A stretch of DNA of 64,000 nt from Podarcis vaucheri (taxonomy: Eukaryota), in NCBI GenBank assembly GCA_965113315.1, contig OZ220370.1, one strand, 5' to 3'. Below, piece by piece: positions 27,401-40,474 of this stretch. The notes under the pieces are model-generated. The model searched no databases, was not told the DNA's origin, and worked only from the letters and a program-made list of their open reading frames with translations. A program made the translations under genes and the position numbers. Position 1 is the stretch's first letter. Every line of letters begins with the position of its first letter.

Positions 27401-30400
27401 CTCTTTTTCATCCGTCCTTCCATCTCTCACCTCCCCTTCCCCCAATTCTTTCCAACCACCATTCTTTCCCAATGTGTTCTCAGGTACTCCAACCCCAAAA
27501 ATTACTCTCCCTTCCACCTTCCCAATAACTACGTGTAGTTACACGATTTTATATTTCTCCCTCAAAGCGAGACCTGACTGTCTGATCTTTGTAAGCAACT
27601 CTGGAAACTTTTTTAGGCTATAGAGATGCTAAAATGCATCATTTTCCTGTCAGTTGTATAGTATTACAGAATAAAAACCTTCATGCGTCAGAACAGTGGG
27701 ATTTGTTAAGATTCTTGAAGCACTGGGTTGTATTCACAGGCTAAAAAAGCAAAAACTTGATTCAAGATAGATAGAAAAGAGCAACCTTTTCTTTAAAATG
27801 GGGTAGGGATCAGATTATATGAAAAGGCTTTTCACAGAAGAGCAGGCCCATTCCAAAGGCCCATCTAATCCCGCATCCCTGGATTCCCCCCAATGGAAAC
27901 CAGGTTCAAAATGAAGCCCACAAGCAGAGTTTGAGGCTAATAATGCTTTTCTGTTAGTCTCCATCAGCCTATTCAGAGACAGACAGCCTCTGAACCTGGA
28001 GAAAGAAAGATATCTCAATTGACAGCTGTATGGAACATCCAGTTAGAGGCAGGCTAGCCCTTGAGTAAGCTGGCATTGTGGAAGGGGGTTTTAGTTTCAA
28101 ACCCTACACCTTCATTGCATGATGAGCTGCGTGAAGAAGTCATTTGTAAGAATCACAAAAACTTTTAAATTATTTTGAAAAGCTATAAAAAAGTGTGATT
28201 CTGTGTCTACCCAGAAGTAAGTCCTACTAAATCCAATGGAACTTACTCCCAGGTATGGCTGTAGCCTTAATTTCCTAGCTACGTATAGTTCAGAAGAGGT
28301 TAGGAAGATGCTCCGCCTTAGCTTTCTGTTCCCATTTGGGTGGTAGGACCATGACATCTGTGGAAATCAATGCCCCTTCTGGTTGGCACTGGTTGCAATG
28401 TTTCAGCTGGAAACAGGGAGCACCAAACTACTGTAATTGTAATTCTTTCTCCTGGCACCCTTCCACTTGGTGCACAGTTGTGCACGATTGTACTTTAAAA
28501 AACAGAGTTAATAGAATCCCTGCTGTCTGCCATGGCAGATAGGTTTGTGAATCACTTGCACAAAGGAAATAATTCTGAAGTTGGGGAGATTAACATCAGC
28601 AAGGGCTTACTAAATCTCTAAGCAGCCCTTGCATGTCAACAAAAGCCTCCAGAATTTGCTCTTCTCTGCTCCCCCATAATCTCATTTTCATCCCACATGT
28701 ATTTGCCATACTGGCTGTCTATAGGTCTATAGAGTCTGGTCCCCAAATACATCTCTCTGTATCTACTTACCCTTGGAGTTAAAGATCTGTGGAGGAGGTC
28801 TTGCTTCTGATGACCCGAGACAGGGCATTCTCTGCTACTGTGCCCCATTTGTGGAACTTCTACTAGAAATAAGATAGTCCTCTGTTTTACCACTTTTTCA
28901 TCACCCAGTGAATATGCCGTTTTGTTTCTGTAGTGGGGTAGAGCTGAGATCCATTATGTTTGTCATGACCGTGTTTGATTGTAGATTGCTGCTGAGATTG
29001 TTTTTTAATGCATATGTGATTAAAGCAAACATACAGCTGAGGGTGGGGGTGCTCCAAGTTAGCCCACCCCCTTAAGAGGATCAGAAATGAGTTGCAGAGT
29101 CATGGTGCCCTCACTCTGCTCTTGCATGCTTCAAGGTTCTTGGTCAGCACCAGTCGGTTTGCTGTGACACCTGAATCAGCAAAACATTGTTCGCACACGG
29201 CCTCAAAGCCGAAATTGGAAACCTACTTCAAACTGTAGTTTCCAATTTCTTGCTGTAAGGAAGGCCACAGAGCACATGCTTTGCTGGTTATAGTTCGGGT
29301 GCTCAAACCACTGATTTCTCTAGTTAAAAGAACTTGGTTTGTAGGGCTGGGAACAACGACCTCTGGCTGAGATTGTTTGAGAGTTGCTGTCAGGTTAGAA
29401 TGCACTGAGTCCTTATACCTTTCTGCAAGAAAATGCGGTAGAGCATATGCGCCGATGTTTTGCTACTGCTATGTACAAAAAATGCTAAATTCACTGAGTT
29501 AAACTTTTTCCCTCCCAGATTGAGAAGAGGTGCTGTTCAACATTTCACCCCAGAATGGAAACCTGCATCTTTAATTAGAAATTGATTAACTAATACACGC
29601 AATAAAGCAATGCAAGCGCTCTTATCTAAAGACTGTTTTTTAAAAAGCATTGGTATTTAGTTATAAGACTAGTAATCAAGGAGTAGTGAACTAAAATCAG
29701 GACACTTTCCTCATTTTGACCTTTGATCTATTTGAGAAATTTAAAATGGACTGCTAGGGAAAGAAAGTCTAAATGAACGTTGCCCTTATTGTTATATAGT
29801 TCCTAAAGTTCAGGACAATATTCTCTTCCCAGTAAGTTGTCACGCTACTTGGAAGGCCCTTAGTCAGAAGTCTTATGACTGGGTAATTGACAAAATAGAA
29901 TGTCATGTCCAGGAAATACAGAATGAGGGCATGGAGATTCCATGCAACTGCAAAATGAAAACAGGCTCTCATATAAGAATGCTGTTTTGTCTCAGCCATT
30001 GGTTTTTCCATCCCAAGGTGGGAACTAGAAAGCCTCCACCCACAATTTTTGGGTGGTTGTAGTAGCAGGACATTAATTGTGGTCATTCTGGCAATTCCGA
30101 GGGCTCGCGCGAGAGAGAGGCAGGCTAAGCTCTTATTTCAAGTTGGACTTTGGATATATAGAGAAGCGGCAGTACTCACTGCTTCTTTGTAGTTCTAAAC
30201 CCCATACTTAAGAAAGAGGCTAATTATTTCCCTCTCTCCAAGTTCCCTGGTATGGCAGAAGACTTTACAAAAGTTTAGGGGCCCCATCTCTCCTGCCCAA
30301 CACAAAGTGTCCTCTCCCACCTCAAAATTATACAATATGTGAAGCAAGCCTTTGCTGTATGCTAGACAACCTGGAGCAGTAAGACAGTTGTGGGTTACCA

Positions 30401-30679
30401 TTGGCCCTCCAAATAGGCCCATTTGGACTAACATGCTCTCACCCCCCCCCCAAGCAGTGTGGTGGGAAGATAAATAATAGGACTTCTATAAAATTGCTGA
30501 AATTAGGATAACTAATCTCATTCATTTTACTATCTTAACTATTCAACCACTAATATGCTTTAGGGTGAACTGATTCAATAAACATTTTGCAAAGCTTAAA
30601 AAACCCACCCTTTCCTGGTTTAATACCCCACCTCCCTGAATGCAATAAAGAAATTCTGGCCATGAGGCAGTTTAAAGTC

Positions 30680-30685
30680 TTTATT
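30680..30685 (-). terminator. OSBPL1A: Candidate OSBPL1A poly(A) signal (3' UTR about 1.1 kb)
   Basis: TTTATT on + reads AATAAA on -, at the end of an AT-rich UTR-like block. Confidence 0.6.
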
Positions 30686-31759
30686 AATAGCAATTAAATT
30701 ATTCAGTTAACACTATACTTCCAAACAGCAATTAAATTATACAAGAGCAGCAAGCCCTCTGGAATTTATGTACTCAGTTTTATACAAATATATAATCCCA
30801 TAAAGTTTAATGTACCCCAAACAAAGGGGTAAATCTGCTGTGTACAGTAGTTTCAGAGCTGCCTTGCTGGCTTTGAAATGCGCACAACTTCCTTTGAGAG
30901 TTTGCTTTTGACAGCAAATACCCAGATACATTTGAAATATCCATGCTGTTGCTTAGGACCAGTTCCTCCCACCTATGATAGTGCTGAGCACGTCTTAAGT
31001 GCATTGCAGATTAAAAAAAAAATACTTCATTTTAGTTAAATTCTTAAAGATTTAAATGGCTCTTAATTCCATAAAGATTTGAGCATGGTAATAAAAGTTG
31101 TAAGAGCAAATTCAAAACACTGCACTAAACATGGAATAGACATTTCTGAGTATTTTATACCAGTTAATCCTACTTAGTATCTTGAGATGAATGGGAAGGG
31201 CAGGCTGGTGCAGAGAGAGTAACATTTTGAGGCTAATAATCTATAATCCAGTATTTTATGAAGTAATGGAACGTCACTTTCAGAAAGTTGGGTAATTCTT
31301 CTCAAGAGTGGCATGCCCTTCTCTGCCTCCAAGCCATGGTAGTATTGCATTTCCCGAGTGTGCTTTTGATATTTGTTTCATAAGAGGCTTCAAATTTCCA
31401 TTATGTGAGCAGATTATCACTGACCAAAGAGAAAGACAGAAAACCCAAAGGGTTTCTATTTTCTATTTGACCTGGGTGGGACGGAACATGAGTTGCACTG
31501 TTTCTTCAGCAAATATAGGTAATGCTCTTCCTCCCTGTAACGGATGTGGTGTATGCATATTATACATGGTTTAATATAGGGGAGTGGACAAAATCTCCTC
31601 CCAATAATCTTGTGCTACCATAATTGCTGCAGAAGCTGCTGAATAGTACATTCAATTAAAATTCAGAGCTGGGTTTTTTTCTAAGAGTACAGGAACAAAG
31701 GAAAACACTGAAAACTGATTAAGACTTGTTTGTGTTAGTCTCAGACTTCCCGATGCAGT

Positions 31760-31862
31760 TTAATAAATATCAGGCAAGCTGAAATAGTTTCTGTCCCAGT
31801 AGTTCCCAGAGTAAAGCCAGTCATGCCCACTGGTGTATGGATTCAGCCCTTGATGGAACCAC
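31760..31862 (-). CDS. OSBPL1A: OSBPL1A last coding exon with TAA stop
   Basis: (R)WFHQGLNPYTSGHDWLYSGNYWDRNYFSLPDIY*; recalled human end ...YWDRNYFNLPDIY. Confidence 0.95.
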
Positions 31863-34800
31863 CTGAAAAGGAGGGAGAAAGGTCATATGCTTTTGAACAT
31901 AGTATCTATATTCCAGTCAATGTATGCTTGAGCTGCCATATATATTCTAGAAACAATGGAAGTGCAATACAATTATCTTCCTCGCTATCTACTTGAGCCA
32001 CTGTTTTCCCTGCTTACTACGTTTTGATCCAACCGAGAGAATGGGGAAATTAATTACATTTATCACTGAGTGAGAAACACAATTAGGAGGCAACTGTTCT
32101 GTGGCCTCATTTCAGGGATGGGTCCAAGTATTTTTGTTCGTTCCTTTAGGGGAGACAGCTCTCAGCCAGAAGACTATAGTGGGCGGGCCAGCTTTCCTTC
32201 CTTCCTCTCAGCCTTCCTTTCCACTCCCACGCACCTGCTCAGAGGGCGTGGAGACAAAAGGGTCATGTAAGGACACATGACAACTGATAATTATGTGATC
32301 CTGGAAGCTGGTCCTCCTTTTGCAGGTTAGTTACATGCCTATCAGTCCAGCTTTCAAAATTTAACAACTAGCAAATTTAATTGAAGCAAGCACCCAAAAC
32401 AGCCCTGGAAAGAGAGGTGAGCTTCAGTTTCTTATGTCGCTGTGAAAAGGGTAAAAAACCAAAAAACAACAACAGACACTGCTTTTTTTTAACAAACCAA
32501 AAAACAGAGGTGTTCATTATGAAAAAGAGAAGGTGACAGGAGGTAGGTAGCACTGTCGCTGCAACACTCTAGCCATCTTGCAATGGTCCTTCAATCAATG
32601 GCTCAGTTTAGTGTAGAAAGACAATACATAAGCCCCAGTTTATGAAGCCAAGAACAAGTGCTGGAACCAAGTGCTCCTCCCACCTCCTTGTGTGCTAGCC
32701 CTGCCATTTATTCCTGGCTTGTACTAAGGCACAGTTCTGCAGCTGGGACATGAGGAAGACTGGCATAATACAAGCCAAGAATGAAGCAATGCACATCAGG
32801 GGAGTTGCATGGCAGGACACTTCTTAAAGCTAGAAAAGACTGTCCAAACTGGTCCAATAAGCATGAGGGTGCTAGGAATAGGCAGAAGTGAGTACATACA
32901 TACATACATACTGCAAATAATCCAATATAAATTGTTGGGTACATTTACTATTCTACCGCACCTTGTGCAAACTGAGTTTATATGATCATTTAACAGGGAA
33001 GAAAAGTCGACAGTGAGTTTTAACACTATCATCCCTCCTCTGGTGAAGAATTACTGTATATACAACCCCACATCCATGTTTTGAAGGTTAGGTTTTGATT
33101 GTACTTCACAAAATTTGACAAATTGGATGTATTAAAAAGAATTGACAGGTAAGGAGAGAATCATCATATGGAGATTAAAATTCTTTCCATGATGGTATAA
33201 ACTCACCCTTAAACTACCAAACAATCTTAAAAATTATGATACTGGAAAAGAATATATGCCTCTGCCTTTCCTTCCCAGGTACATCTTAGGAAACCCTGGA
33301 CATTAACATTCAATGTCTATTTAAATATTAAGCATCAAGTTTACCAGAACTGCTAAGAATAACACTCCCCCCCCCCAATAAATAAAAACCCAAAATCAGA
33401 ATAGTCAATTTGGGTAAGTTGGAAAGCCGACAGAATTCTAATAAGAGGACCAAATTCATATTTCGAGTATCACTAATTTATAGGAACTGGAAACAATTTC
33501 AAGCCTTAAAATGCAAAGCCAAACATGTTAGGAAAGCAAGCAAAAAAAGTATCAGAAAAGGTCAAACCTGGGTCCCTGGGCCACTGGCTGACTTTTAAAA
33601 AGAGACAAAACATAATGCAACTTACAGCAACAATAAGACATTTGAATGAGCAAACCATGAAGGAAATAAAGTGTAGAGTCTAGTGCCTGTTGGCAGCTAG
33701 CACATGTCCCCTACTTGGCATAAGTATTTTTATGAAGGCAACATTTGGAAGTTTGTGTAAAAGCTATTATGCACAGACTGCTCAGTAGCTTCTGATCGAA
33801 GAATACACAATGACACTGCCAAGTCTGGAGCCAGAGGAAACTTTCAGAAGCTTCTAAAGTTTTAATTCCTAACATACAGCTTAGTTTGTTCTCAGTATAG
33901 AGGTACTTGATTTCTAAATAGAAACCATGTCTGGCAGCAACAGGACAAAAAGTATCTGAGAAAAGGTTCCTGATGATGAATATTCAAACTGGCAGCTGAG
34001 CTTGGAGGGAAGTGTCACTTTCTCATTCTGTTTCCTTCAACTATGTTCCTGGGACTCAAAACCAGCATGAGGAAGTGTGCATGTTCCCCCTGAAAAGCTT
34101 GTACTGCAAGTACCTTGCAGGAGGGATCAAAGGCATCTGACTTTCTGTGGTTGCAGCAGAGCCTTTCCCAGTCTGCTGCCCTCCATAGATTGGGCTCCAA
34201 CTGCAATGTGGAGTCAGCCCCAACCAGGATGGGAATTTTCAAACCATGGCAAGACGCCCCCCCAGAAGAATCACTGCACATAACAGTTTTCACCAGAGTA
34301 CTAGGATACCCAGCATTATGGCAAGTTATCACAGGGTGCAATTTCTAGCAATTCTCTGCATAATGTTTGTAACATATGGTAGGCATTTAGGAGCACTGAG
34401 CAATTCCATGTAAAAATACAGCTTCTGTAGAAATAAATGCATAATTCAAAGTAAAGCATAATACAGCATGTTATCCGTCTGTCTCTTTACAAGGAGTTCA
34501 CTGTGTTAATAGTATAATATACAGGAGTCATGGTCCACCATTCACTCTGTTCACATTCTCTGTTCACAGTTAAAACATAGGACCGGAATTCTAAAATGGC
34601 ATTTACTGTTGTTGTTTTTTAAAAAACAATCTCACAATCTCCCTGCTAAAAATGTAGAGTGGGGCAATGAAGAGGAATAATCCCAGCAACGGGGAAAAAC
34701 ACTTCCACTGGGAATCCATTCTGTCCCTGTTCACACCAACGCACTTGGCTGTTTACCAGGGATAATAAAAGTAGCCCAGAACACAGTCAAGCATTCATGT

Positions 34801-37223
34801 CCCATTAAAATCAACAATGTATCATTGTCCTAGCTACCCACTGATTTTTTTAAAAAGACTTGCTTGTCCCAATTCTGATTTTTACTACACACTGACCAAT
34901 GCAGTAGAAAGTTTGCATTTCTGAAACAGATATGATTTGATGCACTGCCCTATTCAGAGGCTGGAAGACCCTGTTGTTGCCTTCTGTGAGAAAGGTAAGG
35001 TCTGGGAGGTAGTTTGCCTCATTTAGAAAATTAGTACTTTGCCATGTGGCAGGCCTCGTTTCCCACAATGACTATTGATGTGCCTTAAAGCAGCTCATAT
35101 TGCAAAACCTTGCCTTTAGCTTGCATTAAACATGCAATTTCACAATTTATTTTTACAAGCCAGAAATCTTTGTCACTCATAACTTCAGCTGTTTTATTTC
35201 AGAAGCAATTCATCCCATCACATTCTTTGCACAATAGTCTAGGGTTATTTGGGTTCATTGACCTGTTTGCAAAGCAACTGAAACACCCTGCTGAATTTAA
35301 TTATACTGAAGAAACAGCAACAGTACCTAAAACAATTAAACGGATTTTAAATATGGACATGAATTTGAACCAAGAATTGAATGTTTTCATAATTTGGGCT
35401 ATCAAGCCTCTTAGCCTGCCTGATATATACAGTACTTTCTAATTTTAGGAAAACTTTTTTTCATCCTGGAGTTTCCAATGCAACTAGATGAACTTGTATT
35501 GAAGTGTTTTGATGTGTTTTCATCCCTACTTAGCAGTATTTAAATCTCCCAATTATGAGATTTCTGGCTGAACTATTTTTTAAAAAAAATACAGCCACTG
35601 GAGCAACTGAATATTTAATACATGATTACTTTAGTGTTCTACCATTATAAAGCACAAAATTGCATCACTTTTTAATATTGACACTATCTGTCCTATCAGT
35701 ATAACATCTGTGTAAAAGGACCAGAATGTGAGGTGTAAGTGGCAAAAATTTCAAATGAAAACTAATAAAAAGAACAATAGTTCAAAAAAAAATTGGAATC
35801 ATTTCTCCAGTTTTAGAAAGTGTTGCTTACTGGCAAATAATAATAATAAAAGGTATTTTAAAGTCCTATTTGGGGGGACTGAAATGGCATCACAACCATT
35901 GTTATTTGTGAACATGTCCACAATAAAGGTATGTGAATTTCTACCATTATGAAAGAAACACGCATGGAATATTAAATGTGGCAAAGAAACAGTCTATTTG
36001 ACATCTGTATTTAGCACCAAAATCACCTTGTATGGACTGTGTATACAAGAGTGTGAGCCTGCTTCCTTCAAGTTGGTATAATGTTGCATGTACTTCACAA
36101 GCACAATAATCAAGTTCAATATGTTTTTACAATCAGAAGTTGTGGTTTAAATGCCTTTTTAAGAATGGGAGTGTAGGCTGCATTTCACAAGGTAACTTTA
36201 CAGCCCTATCATTCAACTTGCCCTGAGACACATTTCAAACCAACTTAAATTGTAAAGATTATTAAAAAAAACCTTAACACTAGGCTGTCCATGTATGTAT
36301 GTCCACACAGATGCATGTATGTTCACAGGCAATGCATGTCTTTTACAATGAGGGAATGCAGACCTCATGTTTTCATGGAATATGGGTGGAAGTATTACAT
36401 GTGTACAGTGTTTGCTCGAGGTATGCACCTATTGGAGACTCAAGTGGAAAAGCACACCGATGAGTGCCGAGACTTAAAAATTGCACAAAAACCACAAACC
36501 CACTCTGAGCTTGAAGCTACTTCACAAGTTCAAAATGCAGACTCGTTGCATTTATTGGATATGAATTCCAAATTTTAAATTTCAAGACAGAATTGTACCA
36601 AAATTCCATTTCATCAGACTTCTTCGCAATTGTAATCCCACTCCTGTCCCAGAATCATTTAACTTGCTTGGGATACAACAGAGTATTCAACGGGAGAGTT
36701 TCCAAGTCTGCCTACCCTTAATGTTTTCAATCAAACACTGCTGGAGAGACACAGGAGGTCAAAAGTACCCTTCTTTCTAAATTCCCCTGGGACCAGCTAC
36801 AAATTACTTCTGAGTCCCCACTGCTGGCCTAAAAATGCTAGGGATTTTCACAGACTCCAGTGTGTGGCTGTACTGGAAATAATTTGTTTACCTCGTTCAT
36901 AAGTCTAATTCCAAGGGGCTACTGCTAAACCTAAGCGCTTTTGAAAGCTTTAACACGGGCAAAAAATCTAGTGAGTAATGACTGAAAGGAGCAGAAGTAA
37001 GTAGTTAAATGGCTGTTGTAAAATATAAGGCCTCTTTCGAAAATGATGGTGCAGTGAGTTTTCAGACTATGAGCAATTTGAAATGGCAAAGCACTGCAGC
37101 ACATAAGCAGTGGACATGTGTAGTATTGCCAGGCACTCCCAAGTATGCAGACATTTAAAAAGAGAGTTAGAAAAAGCATTTGTAAACTATTAAATCAAGT
37201 GCTTTAGCCCCCAGTTTACTGAC

Positions 37224-37314
37224 CTTGTCTTCCAGTCTTCCTCTGACTTTGACCTGTTTTTACGAGCAGCTCTTTGTTTTTCTTCAAGCCTCTTCTTTTC
37301 TTCACTTGCTACAT
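37224..37314 (-). CDS. OSBPL1A: OSBPL1A coding exon
   Basis: (D)VASEEKKRLEEKQRAARKNRSKSEEDWKT(R); AG/GT flanks on -. Confidence 0.95.
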
Positions 37315-38263
37315 CTATCAAGAGACAGACAGAGAAAAGGCTGGATCCAACTGAAACCTACGGAAGAATACTCCCAATAGCTGGAATAGTGCTATGTCAG
37401 TGACGGGGGTAGAATTTTAATGCCGTTTTGGTTGGCACAACTAGAATCTTGAGGTTTTTGTGCAGTGGTGTGAACTGGTAGATCATTCAAACACCAGCTT
37501 CACTGTAATATTTCCCATGCTCCCAAATAATGGGACTAACTAAGAAATGATGTAAGATAACAGACATGTAAGGTACATTAACTAAGGGCATGAGCAAACA
37601 GGACTTCACCTTCCTCTTATCCCCACCTATAGCACCTCTCATGCCTTCAAACTCTGCTTCAGGTGGTGTCCCCCCCAACCCCCCAGAGCAGATTTTGAGG
37701 GTGTACAAAAGGCTGCCACAAGGGAGGTGAAGTCATATTATGGGAGCAAAGCGATAGTGTTACGTGCAGTGATAGTGTTGGATACAACCCTGACATTGCA
37801 GCATTTTCACATATTCTTTGCTGCTGTAAATTTACATTGGAAATCAACTGAAATTTGTTAATATATCGAGTTTGCATTTGTGTAAAGTAAAGTCTGAGTA
37901 ATTTTGATGGTATTGCTACAAAATCAGAAACCAGCTCCTGATAAAAGTTGACACTGTGAGAAAGGACAAGCTGAAACTCATATTCATACGGCAAAATTTT
38001 CATTTATATAAAATCAACGACAAAACTGAGAACCATTGCACGAGGAGGAGCTGCCTTGCTAGCTGTAGAAGGGGAATGTCAGATGTAAATATTCTTTAAA
38101 AGTTAGCATCAGATTACTATTTATATCACTAACAGGCATTCCTTTGCAAGGGACTCTGTAAAATTTGATTGCTAAAACAAATCTATACATAAAAAGTATG
38201 TCCTATAAAATGAAGCATTTGGATATATATTTTTTTAAAAATTCAGCTAGCCCTTTAAATTAC

Positions 38264-38387
38264 CTATGTCACCATTTTCCATAGCTCTTATATCTGGCCT
38301 TAGCCTGCAGTCCGTTTTAGGAATAACACTTTCCATTTCTTCATCCAATTCATTCAAAGCCATAGCAAAAGTAGTGAAGTTGTACAT
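38264..38387 (-). CDS. OSBPL1A: OSBPL1A coding exon
   Basis: MYNFTTFAMALNELDEEMESVIPKTDCRLRPDIRAMENGDI(D). Confidence 0.95.
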
Positions 38388-39130
38388 CTGAAAAACAACA
38401 AAGAGCTTTTTGAATGTTCTTTTATTTTTATGAGCAAGTACCAGCTGTTAATAGGCTTATACATTCTCAGAGGAAGTATCCAACTGAGTTTCTCAAGGGA
38501 TCAGTCTTGGGGCCTTTTATTCAATGTTTTCATTACAGTGACCTTGGGGAAAGGAGTATGTTCATGAAATGAACAGGTATCATCAAATTATCTAAGTGGC
38601 CTTTCAAACAGAAAACAGATGGGATTTTGTGCAGGACGAACTAGAAGACTACAAGAACTGGAATGGGATCAATGGAAAAGGATCAATGTCAACATAACAA
38701 AAAGTGTTAAGCTGCATGATGAAGGACAGGTTTGTTTTATTTGCTCATCAATTGGAACAACAGGCAAGGGAATATTTCAGAACTTGGATCACCACAATAT
38801 GATTATGGGGAGTATAGGCTCCAATGTGATTGCAAACATTTACTAGTATTAAATGCTGAGAATGTAATGGTATATAAATAATAGGGGTAGGGATTAATTG
38901 AAACTAATTGATATCCAACTCTCCATGTTAAATAGATAGAATTCTAATTGGGCCTAAAGAGCAAAAAAAGAGGCAGACAAGTTTTTTTGACAAGTATGCC
39001 ACAATTCCAAGTATACAATATATATTCTGACATGCGCTGCGGTATATGTGTTGAGGAAGCAAGAGTCTAAAGTTTATATTCTGCCATAAAAGCTCTCAGG
39101 GAGGATCACAATACGCAAAAAAACATTAAA

Positions 39131-39477
39131 CTGGTACTGGAGGAGACTCTTGAGAGTCCCATGGACTGCAAGAAGATCAAACCTATCCATTCTTAAGGAA
39201 ATCAGCCCTGAGTGCTCACTGGAAGGACAGATCCTGAAGCTGAGGCTCCAATACTTTGGCCACCTCATGAGAAGAGAAGACTCCCTGGAGTCTTCCTGAT
39301 GTTGGGAAAGATTGAGGGCACAAGGAGAAGGGGACGACAGAGGACAAGATGGTTGGACAGTGTTCTTGAAGCTACCAGCATGAGTTTGACCAAACTGCGG
39401 GAGGCAGTGGAAGATAGGAGTGTCTGGCGTGCTCTTGTCCATGGGGTCATGAAGAGTTGGACACGACTAAACAACAA
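39131..39477 (+). mobile_element. BovB/RTE LINE 3' fragment
   Basis: Encodes RRLLRVPWTARRSNLSILKEISPECSLEGQILKLRLQYFGHLMRREDSLE, then after a frameshift MLGKIEGTRRRGRQRTRWLDSV (RTE RT C-terminus); (CAA)n-type tail. Confidence 0.9.
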
Positions 39478-40001
39478 TAGAAATCCCAAATTTATACAAT
39501 GCTTTCCAAGAACAAAACTATAATTCTGCTAATACACATCCCTTGTGCTAGTGAAACAGGAGCACTGGATCCCGCCTTGTGTCTAGGTAGGAAGGGGGTA
39601 GCCTTGCTCATGTTTGCTATGGAAAGAGAAAAGGCTAACTAAACCTTAAGGGTTTTATCAAAAGAATTCTACACTGATAAGAATAATCCTGTCTTTTACA
39701 AATGTTACACAACACACAGTAATGGAGGTGCTAAGAGGTTGAGGAAGGTACAGCGAGAGGATCAAATTTAACTGCCAGACACCTAATTGTAACCTGAATT
39801 TTGTTTTCCTGAAATGGAGGCACGAGCTGGTGCAAAGTTATCCGTATTCTCTCCTCTCTTCACCTACACACCCTTTAACCCAGGCAACATGAGATAGACC
39901 TCACTCTTACATATACAAAGAAATGCAAATCCATGCAGCACATGTGCATGAGACAGAGCAACACACTGACAAAATGCAGTGTCTTGGTCAAGGTTCCTCA
40001 C

Positions 40002-40118
40002 CTGTGTTGAATTAGAAGGCCTTGGGGCTATCCTCCATAACAACACACTTCCAGGTATAACGCACACACTTTCACAATCTGGCAAGGGTATCTCATCTGG
40101 TTCATCAGAACTGCCCAT
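40002..40118 (-). CDS. OSBPL1A: OSBPL1A coding exon
   Basis: MGSSDEPDEIPLPDCESVCVIPGSVLLWRIAPRPSNSTQ |gtgagg. Confidence 0.95.
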
Positions 40119-40241
40119 CTATAAGAAGAAAGTAAAATGAAAAACAAGAACCTGCAAACTAGCTCTAGTAGTTAAAAGAGGCAGCAGAATTAGGCACAGA
40201 TGGAATATACATATCATATATCTATATATATCATCTATATA

Positions 40242-40474
40242 CAGTGGTACCTCGGGTTACATACGCTTCGGGTTACATACGCTTCAGGTTACAGACCCAG
40301 AAATAGTACCTTGGGTTAAGAACTTTGCCTCAGGATGAGAACAGAAATTGGGCAGCAGCGGCGTGGCTGCAGCAGGAGGTGCCATTAGCTAAAGTGGTGC
40401 TTCAGGTTAAGAACAGTTTCAGGTTAAGAACGGACTACTGGAATGAATTAAGTACTGAACCCGAGGTACCACTA
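40242..40474. mobile_element. Tigger/pogo-like MITE inserted in a TA-rich tract
   Basis: TIRs cagtggtacctcgggtt / aacccgaggtaccact(a), flanked by TA. Confidence 0.85.

Noticed and set aside
24700-30600. Possible extra gene between CABYR and OSBPL1A
   Set aside because: Only short ORFs, no recognisable protein, no coherent exon chain and no CpG island; I cannot exclude a lncRNA or extended UTRs.
39074-39523. ORFs of 74-122 aa
   Set aside because: Frameshifted BovB/RTE remnant, not a host gene. BovB is widespread in squamates, so its presence is no new evidence of horizontal transfer.
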